A DNA stretch of 64,000 nucleotides from an uncultured bacterium (lineage in GTDB: Bacteria > Babelota > Babeliae > Babelales > Babelaceae): NCBI GenBank assembly GCA_963695365.1, contig OY968766.1, forward strand, positions 305,744 to 369,743, given 5' to 3'. Numbering within the stretch: the first letter of the stretch is position 1; every line of letters starts with the position of its first letter. Below the pieces are notes generated by a model that was not told the DNA's origin, made no database searches, and was given only the letters and a program-made list of their open reading frames with translations. Both the position numbers and the translations under genes were made by a program. Shown piece by piece: positions 27,460 to 36,012 of the stretch.

Positions 27460-28722
27460 ATGACACCAGACTATGTAAAGAAATTACCCAAGCTTCCCGG
27501 CATCTACGTCTTTAAGAACGCGAGAAGCACAATAATCTATGTGGGAAAGGCCAAAAGCCTCTACAACCGCGTTATTTCCTATTTTCGCAAACAAGACGAT
27601 TGGAAAGTACAAGAGCTCATAAAGGAGCACCGCACGGTTGAGTTTATTCTGACAAAAAATGAGATCGAGGCTTTGCTCTTAGAAGCCCAGCTCATTCGAT
27701 CATACAAGCCTAAATATAACGTCCTTTTAAAAAACAGTAACCCCTTTGTATATTTACTCATAACTCAAAAAGATCTCCCTGAACTGCAAGTAGTTCGTAA
27801 TAAGAAAGCTAAAGGTATCTATTTTGGACCTTTTCTTTATCGAGCAAAAGCCCAATCAGTCTATGAATACCTAAGCCGCACCTTGCGATTAAGACTCTGC
27901 TCAACTAAAATCGAATCGGGATGCCTCGACTTTCACATGGGACTCTGCGCAGGCAACTGCCTGAAAACGTTTAACGTCGAAGATTACAAAGTACGGCTGA
28001 GCATCGCTCAAACTCTCCTTGAAGGTAAATATCAAGAGTGTGAAGCGCTGCTTCTCGAACATTTAAAAGAGCACAATAAACGCATGGAATTCGAAAAATC
28101 GAAAAATCTCTCAAAATATTTGGGGGATCTTGCAGTCATTTTTGAGACATTAAAGACACGGTTTACTGAGAAAAAATTCGTCAAAGACATTAGTCATATT
28201 AGCGTACCGATGCTTAAGAAGATTGAACGTCCAACAGAAGGATTAAAAGAGCTCAGAGATCTTTTAGAACTTAAAGAAATTCCTGAAACGATCGATTGTT
28301 TTGATATCTCACACTTTCAAAGCAGCTCGCTCGTGGGATCGTGCATCCGCTTTCTTCACGGTATGCCCGATCGGAATAAATTCCGTCGTTTTAAGATTAA
28401 AACACTTACCTCTCAAAACGATTATGCAGCGCTTCAGGAAATTGTGCAGCGCCGGTACAGAAATCCAGAAGATCTTCCCGATATTATCTTTATCGATGGC
28501 GGCAAGGGGCAGCTCAATGCTATTAAAGAGCTGTATCCTCACATTACCTGTATCAGCTTGGCAAAACGAGAAGAGATCTTATTTGCACCCAATCACCCGC
28601 AAGGCATCCATCTTGATATTCATAGTGCCGTTGGCCAGCTTCTTATCCAGCTACGGGATTATGCCCACCATTTCGCTGTTTCATATCATAAAGTAGTGCG
28701 TTCAAAATCGTTTACAAAATAA
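27460..28722 (+). CDS. uvrC: excinuclease ABC subunit C, short form (420 aa) lacking the C-terminal (HhH)2 domain
   Basis: GIY-YIG domain (GIYVFKN..IIYVGKAKSLYNRV..EALLLEAQLIRSYKPKYN), a UVR-like helix pair (MEFEKSKNLSKYL), and an RNase-H-like endonuclease domain (CFDISHFQ...IFIDGGKGQLNA...RDYAHHFAVSYH). The ORF stops right after that. Confidence 0.88.
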   Translation: MTPDYVKKLPKLPGIYVFKNARSTIIYVGKAKSLYNRVISYFRKQDDWKVQELIKEHRTVEFILTKNEIEALLLEAQLIRSYKPKYNVLLKNSNPFVYLLITQKDLPELQVVRNKKAKGIYFGPFLYRAKAQSVYEYLSRTLRLRLCSTKIESGCLDFHMGLCAGNCLKTFNVEDYKVRLSIAQTLLEGKYQECEALLLEHLKEHNKRMEFEKSKNLSKYLGDLAVIFETLKTRFTEKKFVKDISHISVPMLKKIERPTEGLKELRDLLELKEIPETIDCFDISHFQSSSLVGSCIRFLHGMPDRNKFRRFKIKTLTSQNDYAALQEIVQRRYRNPEDLPDIIFIDGGKGQLNAIKELYPHITCISLAKREEILFAPNHPQGIHLDIHSAVGQLLIQLRDYAHHFAVSYHKVVRSKSFTK

Positions 28723-28726
28723 AGCC

Positions 28727-28756
28727 TTGACAAGTGACTCATAGAATTATTATTAT
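28727..28756 (+). promoter_or_regulatory. candidate sigma70 promoter for 28799-29284
   Basis: Consensus TTGACA (28727-28732), an 18-nt spacer and TATTAT (28751-28756). GAGGA lies upstream of ATG 28799. Confidence 0.4.
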
Positions 28757-28798
28757 AAAAATATAATAATATATACTTATTTAAATGAGGACACCGTC

Positions 28799-29284
28799 AT
28801 GATTTTTAAGAAACTATCGCTCGCCGTACTTCTTCTTGGTTCATTCCAACTCAGCGCAATGAAAGCTGAGATTGAAAAGGTGTATGTGAACATCGAACTA
28901 GGAACAATGCCAGACGCCGCCCATAGGAGTGCCGGCATCCGAGCTGACAGTGAGCTTTTTAACAAACTCACTGAAGTAAAAAGCGCAATCTTAAAAGAGT
29001 TTCCCCAAGCAAAGCCCCCACACAATGACTGGCTTCATGCTGAGTTGAGCTCTACTAATGATCCGGCTGAAAAGAAAAAAAACTATAATGCTCTCCAAAA
29101 GAGTGTTAACCTTACTAATCTCAATAACTGGGAGTGCGTAGGCGGTGCTTTCGCGCTATTATTACGTGCAAAGCATCATGGTCTCACTAAAGACCTACAC
29201 ATTACCATAGCGTTTTTCCCGAAAGGGTGCACCAAGCACTTAGAAAGATTAAAAGAGATTGTTGCGCAAACGCTTGGCAAGTAA
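28799..29284 (+). CDS. secreted hypothetical protein
   Basis: Signal peptide MIFKKLSLAVLLLGSFQLSA. 161 aa. No family recognised. Confidence 0.6.
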   Translation: MIFKKLSLAVLLLGSFQLSAMKAEIEKVYVNIELGTMPDAAHRSAGIRADSELFNKLTEVKSAILKEFPQAKPPHNDWLHAELSSTNDPAEKKKNYNALQKSVNLTNLNNWECVGGAFALLLRAKHHGLTKDLHITIAFFPKGCTKHLERLKEIVAQTLGK

Positions 29285-29286
29285 TT

Positions 29287-29626
29287 CTAGGATCGAGCAA
29301 ATCTCAAGAGATCTTCATAGCCTTCGCCTCTGTCTGCCTTTAGCAATGCATCGATATATTTCCTTCTCAATACACTTACATGCACTAAATCACCGTGCAT
29401 CCCCCAGCTAAATGGGGCACGGCCAAGCTGCTTTATGAGAAGATCGGCCATTAAGCGAGCGTGGCGTCCATTACCATTAGGAAATGGGTGAATCCAGACC
29501 GGTGATGAAATCTCACGGCGATGTCATCTGGCTGAAAGATTGCATGCTCTATGTGATACCGCACATAATCACACAGCTTCACAACTTCGCCAGGAATGGC
29601 ATGCCAAATGATACCAAGATTTTTTT
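29287..29626 (-). pseudogene. 5'-truncated and frameshifted Fic-domain gene (mobile mystery protein B type)
   Basis: Minus-strand hand translation gives KNLGIIWHAIPGEVVKLCDYVRYHIEHAIFQPDDIAVRFHHR, then a frameshift near 29498-29502. It continues VWIHPFPNGNGRHARLMADLLIKQLGRAPFSWG...YIDALLKADRGEGYEDLLRFARS and stops at 29287-29289. HPFPNGNGRH is the Fic motif. No start codon, and about 80 N-terminal codons are missing. Confidence 0.8.
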
Positions 29627-29627
29627 A

Positions 29628-29636
29628 TGTTATACT
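29628..29636 (+). promoter_or_regulatory. candidate extended -10 element for clpB
   Basis: TGTTATACT (TGn + TATACT) lies 38 nt upstream of the clpB ATG. No convincing -35. It sits at the upstream edge of the Fic relic. Confidence 0.3.
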
Positions 29637-29673
29637 AGGATAACTAAGCGCAGCACGCGATAGAGGGAGAATC

Positions 29674-32238
29674 ATGAATCCAGAAATCTTAACACATTCA
29701 GCCCAGGAACTTTTGCAAAAAGCGATTGCGATCGCTCAGCAAAGGGGTAATCCAACCTTGCTGCCGCTCCATTTACTTGCGGCTGGGCTTGAGAACGACT
29801 TTTGTCTTTCTTTTTTCAATGTTCTTAAAATAAATATCCCTGAACTCGAAATGCGCGTTGCTCAAGAGCTTGGAAAGCTCCCAACGGTGCAAGGTGGTCA
29901 GTTATCAAGCGATTATACACTCGAAGATTTTTTTAAAAATGCAGAAAAAGATGCAAAGCACCTCAAAGATGACTATGTTGGCCTCGAGCACATGCTCCTG
30001 CAGTGGGTAGAAACCACCCACCTTCCAGAAAGCATACGCTCCTATTTTAAGTCTGTAGGCGCAACAAAGCAGGCTGTTTTGCAACATATGCACACTATCC
30101 GTAAAGGGAAGACCGTGAAAACCAAACAAGCTGAAAATCAGTATCAAGTACTAGAAAAATATTGCCAAAACATTACGCAACAAGCACGTGAAGGAAAGCT
30201 TGACCCGGTTATCGGACGCCACGAAGAGATTCGACGTGTCATACAAATTCTTTCACGCAGAACAAAAAATAATCCTGTGCTTATCGGAGAACCAGGTGTT
30301 GGTAAAACGGCGATCGTTGAGGGCATTGCTCAGCGTATTATAAATAATGACGTCCCTGAAAGTCTTAAAAACAACATCATTTACGCTCTCGATTTAGGCC
30401 TGCTCATCGCAGGAGCAAAATATCAGGGTGAATTTGAAGAGCGATTAAAAGGCGTGCTAAAAGAGATCGAAGAGAGCGCTGAAACGATTATTCTCTTTAT
30501 CGATGAACTCCATATGCTCGTGGGTGCTGGCGCAACAGGAGGGGGCATGGATGCCTCTAATTTGTTAAAACCTGCTCTTGCTCGCGGTACACTTCATTGC
30601 ATAGGTGCTACCACGATAAAGGAATATAAGAAGTATATCGAAAAAGACGCGGCTCTCGAGCGACGATTCCAGAAAGTCTTAGTAGAAGAACCATCGATTG
30701 AAGATACTGTTTCTATCTTACGAGGATTAAAAGAAAAGTATGAGTTACACCATGGTATCCGCATAAAAGATAGCGCGCTTGTAGATGCCGTATTTTTAGC
30801 GGCTAAAAATATTCCCGACCGATTCTTGCCCGATAAGGCAATCGATCTTATCGATGAAGCAGCCGCTATGGTCAAGATGGCAATCGATTCTCATCCGGAA
30901 GAGCTCGACGCTCTTGAAAGAAAGATCAGGCAGCTTGAGATTGAGAAAGTAGCTCTGAGCAAAGAAGCGGAGCCTAGTGAGCAAACAACTGCCCGAAAAA
31001 AAGAACTTGAAAATGAGCTTTCACAATTAAAAGAGAAGTTTCAAACGCTCTTCAATCAATGGAAAGCGGAAAAAGCCCCACTGGAAGCGATTAACAAGCT
31101 CAAAGAGCAAATCGAACAGGCACACCACCAATTTGCACAAGCCGAACGAGAAGGCGATTTTGCACGTGCCTCCGAAATCAAATATGGAACGATTGTTAAA
31201 TTGAAAGCTCAGCTTGATAAAGAGACCGAAAAACTCAAAGGCGTTTCCACCCATATGATTAAAGAGTATGTTGATGAGCATGATATCGCATCAGTACTTT
31301 CGCGATGGACTGGCATCCCTGTTGAAAAACTACAAACGAGTGAGTCCGAAAAGCTTCTTCGCATGCCAGAAATTCTTCAAGAGCGTGTTGTTGGACAAGA
31401 TGAGGCAATCGAAGCAATCAGTCATGCCATACAGATGCATCGCACTGGGCTTACCGATCCCAATAAACCAATTGGTTCATTTCTCTTTCTTGGGCCAACA
31501 GGCGTGGGAAAAACGGAAGTTGCAAAAACACTTGCGGACTTTTTATTTGATGATCCAAAAAAGCTCGTGCGCATCGATATGTCTGAGTATATGGAAAAAC
31601 ATGCCGTTGCTCGGCTCATAGGAGCACCACCTGGCTATGTTGGCTATGAGGAAGGTGGCCAATTAACAGAAATTGTCAGACGTAATCCCTATAGCGTGGT
31701 GCTTTTTGATGAGATCGAAAAAGCACATCCTGATGTTTTTAATATTTTTCTACAGATTTTAGATGAAGGTCATCTTACCGATGGTCAAGGTCGGACCGTT
31801 TCGTTTAAAAACTGCATTATTATCATGACCTCAAATATTGGTTCTCATTTGATTTTGGAAGCACAAGAGCTTACCGACAAAGTCAAGCAGCAGATCGAAA
31901 AGCTATTGCATCAGCACTTTAGACCTGAGTTTCTCAATAGAATCGATGCGATTGTGTACTTCAAGATGCTTTCTACTCACGATGTCGTGCGGATTGCCAA
32001 GCTTCAAATGCAGGAGCTTGTTGAGCGGCTTGCATTAAAGGGCGTCACGCTTACCGTTACTCCAGCAGCGCTTCAGCATATTGCCGAACTTGGCTATGAA
32101 AAAGAGTTTGGAGCACGGCCGCTAAAAAGGGCAATTCAACACTATGTAAGCGTGCCTGTATCCCAGTTTTTATTAAAGAATCCGGAAGCTAAAGCAATTA
32201 CTGTTGGAGTTGAACATGGGGCTATCACCGTCAGCTAA
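29674..32238 (+). CDS. clpB: ATP-dependent chaperone ClpB
   Basis: 854 aa. Two AAA modules ([16 protein letters not shown]) separated by a long coiled-coil M-domain. Confidence 0.97.
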   Translation: MNPEILTHSAQELLQKAIAIAQQRGNPTLLPLHLLAAGLENDFCLSFFNVLKINIPELEMRVAQELGKLPTVQGGQLSSDYTLEDFFKNAEKDAKHLKDDYVGLEHMLLQWVETTHLPESIRSYFKSVGATKQAVLQHMHTIRKGKTVKTKQAENQYQVLEKYCQNITQQAREGKLDPVIGRHEEIRRVIQILSRRTKNNPVLIGEPGVGKTAIVEGIAQRIINNDVPESLKNNIIYALDLGLLIAGAKYQGEFEERLKGVLKEIEESAETIILFIDELHMLVGAGATGGGMDASNLLKPALARGTLHCIGATTIKEYKKYIEKDAALERRFQKVLVEEPSIEDTVSILRGLKEKYELHHGIRIKDSALVDAVFLAAKNIPDRFLPDKAIDLIDEAAAMVKMAIDSHPEELDALERKIRQLEIEKVALSKEAEPSEQTTARKKELENELSQLKEKFQTLFNQWKAEKAPLEAINKLKEQIEQAHHQFAQAEREGDFARASEIKYGTIVKLKAQLDKETEKLKGVSTHMIKEYVDEHDIASVLSRWTGIPVEKLQTSESEKLLRMPEILQERVVGQDEAIEAISHAIQMHRTGLTDPNKPIGSFLFLGPTGVGKTEVAKTLADFLFDDPKKLVRIDMSEYMEKHAVARLIGAPPGYVGYEEGGQLTEIVRRNPYSVVLFDEIEKAHPDVFNIFLQILDEGHLTDGQGRTVSFKNCIIIMTSNIGSHLILEAQELTDKVKQQIEKLLHQHFRPEFLNRIDAIVYFKMLSTHDVVRIAKLQMQELVERLALKGVTLTVTPAALQHIAELGYEKEFGARPLKRAIQHYVSVPVSQFLLKNPEAKAITVGVEHGAITVS

Positions 32239-32992
32239 GCCTACGGCACCCAAACTGATTGTTGCGAATTGGAAGATGTATCTCACTCATGAAGAATCGA
32301 TTGAATGGGCACATGGTAACCTCGAGCGAGTTTCAGATGCATGTCAGGAATCGGGAGCGATGCTGGTCATCTGTCCCTCTTTTACAGCACTTCCAGCATT
32401 GGCTTCGATAACCACAGCGAGAATTGCCTGGGGAGCTCAAGATTGCGGGTTTGAATCCACCGGCGCTTACACCGGTGACGTTTCAGCTACATCTCTTGCT
32501 CAAATCGGCTGTACCTATGGGATCGTGGGTCATAGTGAACGGCGCCGTTATTATAATGAAACAAACCAGCTCATTGCTCAAAAAGCTCATCAACTTATGG
32601 GCGCTGGCATAACACCTATTTTGTGCATCGGTGAAACTGCTCAGGAACGAGAATCAGATAAAACGGCTGGCATACTCGAGCAGCAACTTTTTCCGCTTAT
32701 AAGTTCACTGAAGGCATTCCCTTCTCAAACCATATGTATAGCCTATGAGCCCGTATGGGCTATCAACACAGATATACTGCCTTCAAAAGAATCACTTGCC
32801 GAAACGGTGCGCTGGATTCGTCACTATCTTTTAACCAGCATTCCTATGACAACAGTTGGGATTCTCTATGGAGGATCGATCACACATCCGGAAACACTGG
32901 CGCTCCTGAAAGCATCATCTGTAGACGGCATTCTTCTTGGTCGCGCAGGAATTGATGGCCCACTTCTTAAAAAAATTATTCTTTCATGGTAG
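32216..32992 (+). CDS. tpiA: triose-phosphate isomerase
   Basis: ANWKMY, GHSERR, AYEPVWAI and GGS motifs. The track start 32204 is a TTG. ATG 32216 follows GGAG and overlaps the clpB 3' end. Confidence 0.92.
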   Translation: MGLSPSAKPTAPKLIVANWKMYLTHEESIEWAHGNLERVSDACQESGAMLVICPSFTALPALASITTARIAWGAQDCGFESTGAYTGDVSATSLAQIGCTYGIVGHSERRRYYNETNQLIAQKAHQLMGAGITPILCIGETAQERESDKTAGILEQQLFPLISSLKAFPSQTICIAYEPVWAINTDILPSKESLAETVRWIRHYLLTSIPMTTVGILYGGSITHPETLALLKASSVDGILLGRAGIDGPLLKKIILSW

Positions 32993-33036
32993 ACTACTTA
33001 TATGAAACTTTGTCTATATCTTTTAAGGAGAAAAAA

Positions 33037-33330
33037 ATGTTGTACGAACTATTAATAACGCTCTTCTTTTTATTGTGCATCTTCTTGATTCTCATTATCC
33101 TCGTGCAAAAGAGCAAAAGTAGCATGGGGCTTGGAAGTCTCGGTGGCGGCACACAACTTCTTTTTGGTGGCTCAGGAGGCCAGGATCTCTTCCAAAAAGC
33201 AACCTGGGTAATGGCAGCGCTCTTTATGGGCGGATCTCTTGGTCTTGCAATGCTGAAGAGACCTTCAAGTTCTAATATTTTGGGCACACTCGCACAGCAG
33301 CAAGCTGCTCAAATGCCTGTATGCCTGTAA
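33037..33330 (+). CDS. secG: preprotein translocase subunit SecG
   Basis: Two TM segments with LVQKSKSS-GLGSLGGG between them. ATG 33037 follows AAGGAG (33025-33030). Confidence 0.85.
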   Translation: MLYELLITLFFLLCIFLILIILVQKSKSSMGLGSLGGGTQLLFGGSGGQDLFQKATWVMAALFMGGSLGLAMLKRPSSSNILGTLAQQQAAQMPVCL

Positions 33331-33376
33331 AGCCTGCTCAACAAACTCCACCACCAAATGCTTAAGCTGAGAGACC

Positions 33377-34153
33377 GTGGTCTTTGATCTTATTGGCTCA
33401 TGGGTCATCCATTTTTTAACAGGAATAGGCTCGAGCGTTTATTTTATTGGTCGAACGATAAAAACGGCTTATCAAACACCACTGCGCAAACACGAGCTGT
33501 TTGTTCAGATGCGCCGAATCGGCATCGATTCCAGCTCTATTATTTTTCTGAGCAGCTTGTCTTCGGGATTTGCGCTTGCACTGCAAACGTATGCTGGTTT
33601 AAGTCGTATCGGCAGCGAAGAAATGCTTGGCGTCGTTGTTGCCTGGGGAATGACGCGCGAACTCGGACCGGTGTTAACTGCCCTTATGGTTGCCGGCCGT
33701 TCTGGCTCTGCAATCGCCGCAGAGATCGGAACCATGAAAATTACTGAACAAATCGATGCGCTCCGTACTCTTCGGATTAACACGTTCAACTATTTAATTA
33801 TACCACGCATCGCGGCCGGCACGCTCATTATGCCGTTTCTTACAATGCTTGCAATGTTCTTCGGCATCCTCGGCGGCTATCTTTACACCCGCACAAATTT
33901 ACTCATGAACCCGGATAGTTATGTTGCCAATATCAGAAGCTATCTTATGATTACCGATATTGTTGGCGGTCTCATTAAATCATGCTTCTTTGGGTTTATA
34001 CTTACAACCGTCGGTTGCTATCAAGGCCTCTATGCTTCGGGTGGCGCGCGTGGCGTTGGATATGCAACCACCAAAAGCGTTGTGCTTGGAAGCATCATTA
34101 TTCTTATTGCAAACTATTTCTTAAGCTCACTTCTTTTCAAGGCTGGTCTATGA
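33377..34153 (+). CDS. mlaE: MlaE-family ABC transporter permease
   Basis: 258 aa. GSAIAAEIGTMKITEQIDALRTL is the MlaE/Ttg2B signature. GTG start. Confidence 0.85.
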   Translation: MVFDLIGSWVIHFLTGIGSSVYFIGRTIKTAYQTPLRKHELFVQMRRIGIDSSSIIFLSSLSSGFALALQTYAGLSRIGSEEMLGVVVAWGMTRELGPVLTALMVAGRSGSAIAAEIGTMKITEQIDALRTLRINTFNYLIIPRIAAGTLIMPFLTMLAMFFGILGGYLYTRTNLLMNPDSYVANIRSYLMITDIVGGLIKSCFFGFILTTVGCYQGLYASGGARGVGYATTKSVVLGSIIILIANYFLSSLLFKAGL

Positions 34154-34920
34154 TTCGCATTACCCACCTTAAAAAGAAATTTAAGGATCATTGGGTATTG
34201 AAAGATATCAATCTCTCTGTTCCCCAAGGCAAGATGACCTGTATCGTTGGCCGATCGGGCGAAGGAAAGTCGGTTCTCTTAAAAACAATTGCCGGATTGA
34301 TGAAGCCAACAAGCGGCTCAATTGAAATTAATGGTAAAGAAATCACTGGATTAAGCGAGCGTGAGCGAGATGAGCAGATCGCATCATGCGGTTATGTTTT
34401 CCAGTTTGCTGCATTACTCGACTCCCTTACTGTGTACGAAAATATTGGTCTTTCGCTTATAGAACAGGGTAAAAGCAAAAAAGAGATCACAGCGATCGTT
34501 AAAGAGAAGCTCTCGCTCGTTCACTTAAGTCATGACATTATGCATAAATATCCGTCCGATCTTTCCGGAGGGATGAGAAAGCGAGTCGGCATTGCCCGTA
34601 CCCTGGTATCAAACCCAACGATTATACTCTATGATGAACCAACGACCGGACTTGATCCGATTACCGCTCGCGTTGTACATGAGCTCATGAAAAGTATGCA
34701 GAAGCGGTTTAAAGTTACCTCGGTTGTTATTAGCCATGATACCGAAGTTTTCCAGTATGTTGACTATGTTGCATTACTACACGAAGGCGAAATAAAGTTT
34801 TTCTCCGATGCAAAATCGATCTGGGAATCTGATAACCCATATATCTATCAGTTTATTCGAGGGCTCACTAAGGGGCCGATTCAGGCTGATGAAGTTGAAG
34901 AGGAAGAACCGGGCGATTGA
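34150..34920 (+). CDS. mlaF: MlaF-type ABC transporter ATP-binding protein
   Basis: Start trimmed to ATG 34150 (ATGA overlap with mlaE). Walker A GRSGEGKS, signature LSGGMRKRVGIAR, Walker B ILYDEPTTGLD. Confidence 0.85.
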   Translation: MIRITHLKKKFKDHWVLKDINLSVPQGKMTCIVGRSGEGKSVLLKTIAGLMKPTSGSIEINGKEITGLSERERDEQIASCGYVFQFAALLDSLTVYENIGLSLIEQGKSKKEITAIVKEKLSLVHLSHDIMHKYPSDLSGGMRKRVGIARTLVSNPTIILYDEPTTGLDPITARVVHELMKSMQKRFKVTSVVISHDTEVFQYVDYVALLHEGEIKFFSDAKSIWESDNPYIYQFIRGLTKGPIQADEVEEEEPGD

Positions 34921-34938
34921 TAAGCAGAACTGTATTCT

Positions 34939-35520
34939 TTAACGCTTAGAAAGCCAACAGGAACTTATGTGGTCGTTAACCATGCCTATCGCTTGCATAA
35001 AAGCATACATGATCGTTGAACCTACAAACTTCATTCCTCTCTTTTTTAAGTCCGTGGACAAAGCATCGCTTTCAGCTGTATGGCTTGGAATATCCCGCAG
35101 CCTCTTGCGATGGTTAATGAGAGGCTTGCCATTCACATATGCCCACACATATTTATCAAAAGAGCCAAATTCATGCTGAATCTGCAAAAAAACTCGGGCA
35201 TTTTGGCGCGCCGCATAGATCTTTAACCTATTGCGAATTATGTCTGGGTTGTGCAGCAAGCCCTCCAGCTCTTCATCTTTCATAGCCGCCACGCGAACAG
35301 GATTGAAATGATGAAACGCTTTGCGATATCCTTCGCGCTTTTTCAGCACTGTTTCCCAACTCAGTCCAGCCTGCGCTCCTTCAAGAATCAGCATCTCCAA
35401 CAAATGCTGATCATCATGGGAAGGAACACCCCATTCTTTGTCATGATATTCCGTAAATAATTCCTTACCAGCTACACCACCAAAACAACGGATTTTTCCG
35501 TCCACACCAGGTATTGCCAT
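34939..35520 (-). CDS. tag: DNA-3-methyladenine glycosylase I
   Basis: YHDKEWGVP..DDQHLLEMLILEGAQAGLSWETVLKKREGYRKAF. 193 aa. Confidence 0.92.
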   Translation of the reverse strand: MAIPGVDGKIRCFGGVAGKELFTEYHDKEWGVPSHDDQHLLEMLILEGAQAGLSWETVLKKREGYRKAFHHFNPVRVAAMKDEELEGLLHNPDIIRNRLKIYAARQNARVFLQIQHEFGSFDKYVWAYVNGKPLINHRKRLRDIPSHTAESDALSTDLKKRGMKFVGSTIMYAFMQAIGMVNDHISSCWLSKR

Positions 35521-35858
35521 TTATATTCCTTGCTTTTCAATTCTCAAACTTTGCGCAGGACAGGTCGCCGCTTTCCAGTACAAGTCCCCTTCTTCAATAA
35601 CGTTCGCTCGCTCAGCTTCATTGATAATATCCTCTAATTGACATTTGTCGATCTTTAGTAGTAAAGCTTTGAAAATGCTGATTATGACGAGAAAATTTTA
35701 AATGATCTCAGAAATGAGCATTCAGTCGACGCTCATAGTCATGCAAGCGATAATGGGGCTTTGTGGTCGATCTTTCCAATCATTGCGGTGCGTGCATCTT
35801 TGCATTTTCGCCGGAAGCGCACCAAAAATTTCGCACTTCTCGATGAAAACTTTCAAAC

Positions 35859-36008
35859 TTGGCGATATCTCATTTATTTTACGACTTTCCGCCAAGTTTG
35901 CATCATATTTGGCGATATCTCATTTATTAATTGACTTATCGCCAAGTTTTAGATATATTTGGCGATATCTAAGGTTTTTTATCACTTATCTCCAAATTTA
36001 AAGGGAAA
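35859..36008 (+). repeat. three tandem 50-bp iterons, each with an internal inverted repeat
   Basis: Units start at 35859, 35909 and 35959 with TTGGCGATATCT. Units 1 and 2 share TTGGCGATATCTCATTTATT and contain TTGGCG(A)...(T)CGCCAA inverted arms about 25 nt apart. Unit 3 is degenerate (TCTCCAA) and runs into the SD/ATG of the next gene. Confidence 0.9.
35931..35959 (+). promoter_or_regulatory. candidate sigma70 promoter embedded in iteron unit 2
   Basis: TTGACT (35931-35936), a 17-nt spacer and TATATT (35954-35959), about 50 nt upstream of ATG 36013. Confidence 0.4.
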
Positions 36009-36012
36009 TGAA

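Noticed and set aside
28799-29284. 2H phosphoesterase (LigT-like) assignment for the 161-aa secreted protein, based on LHITIAFF
   Set aside because: Only one H-x-T-x motif is present. The expected first motif reads LHAELS. The evidence is insufficient.
33982-34149. Long N-terminal extension of the mlaF ORF (track start 33982)
   Set aside because: It overlaps the mlaE coding frame and is Trp/Cys/Arg-rich. The canonical ABC N-terminus starts at ATG 34150, which overlaps the mlaE stop.
35530-35690. Minus-strand open frame ending directly before the tag ATG (…CQLEDIINEAERANVIEEGDLYWKAATCPAQSLRIEKQGI stop), faintly ferredoxin-like
   Set aside because: There is no ATG, GTG or TTG start in frame upstream of the conserved-looking part, and only two cysteines. 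It is probably a leader or a relic.
35690-35800. Possible transposase (rve/integrase core) C-terminal remnant on the minus strand (…KPHYRLHDYERRLNAHF stop)
   Set aside because: Only about 17 residues resemble the usual …RPH..LG..TP.EY… tail. The upstream frames are broken and there are no terminal inverted repeats. This is too short to call without a database search.
35859-36008. Regularly spaced direct repeats as a possible CRISPR array (also 59887-59986)
   Set aside because: The units are contiguous 50-bp tandem repeats with no unique spacers, only 2-3 units, and no cas genes nearby.
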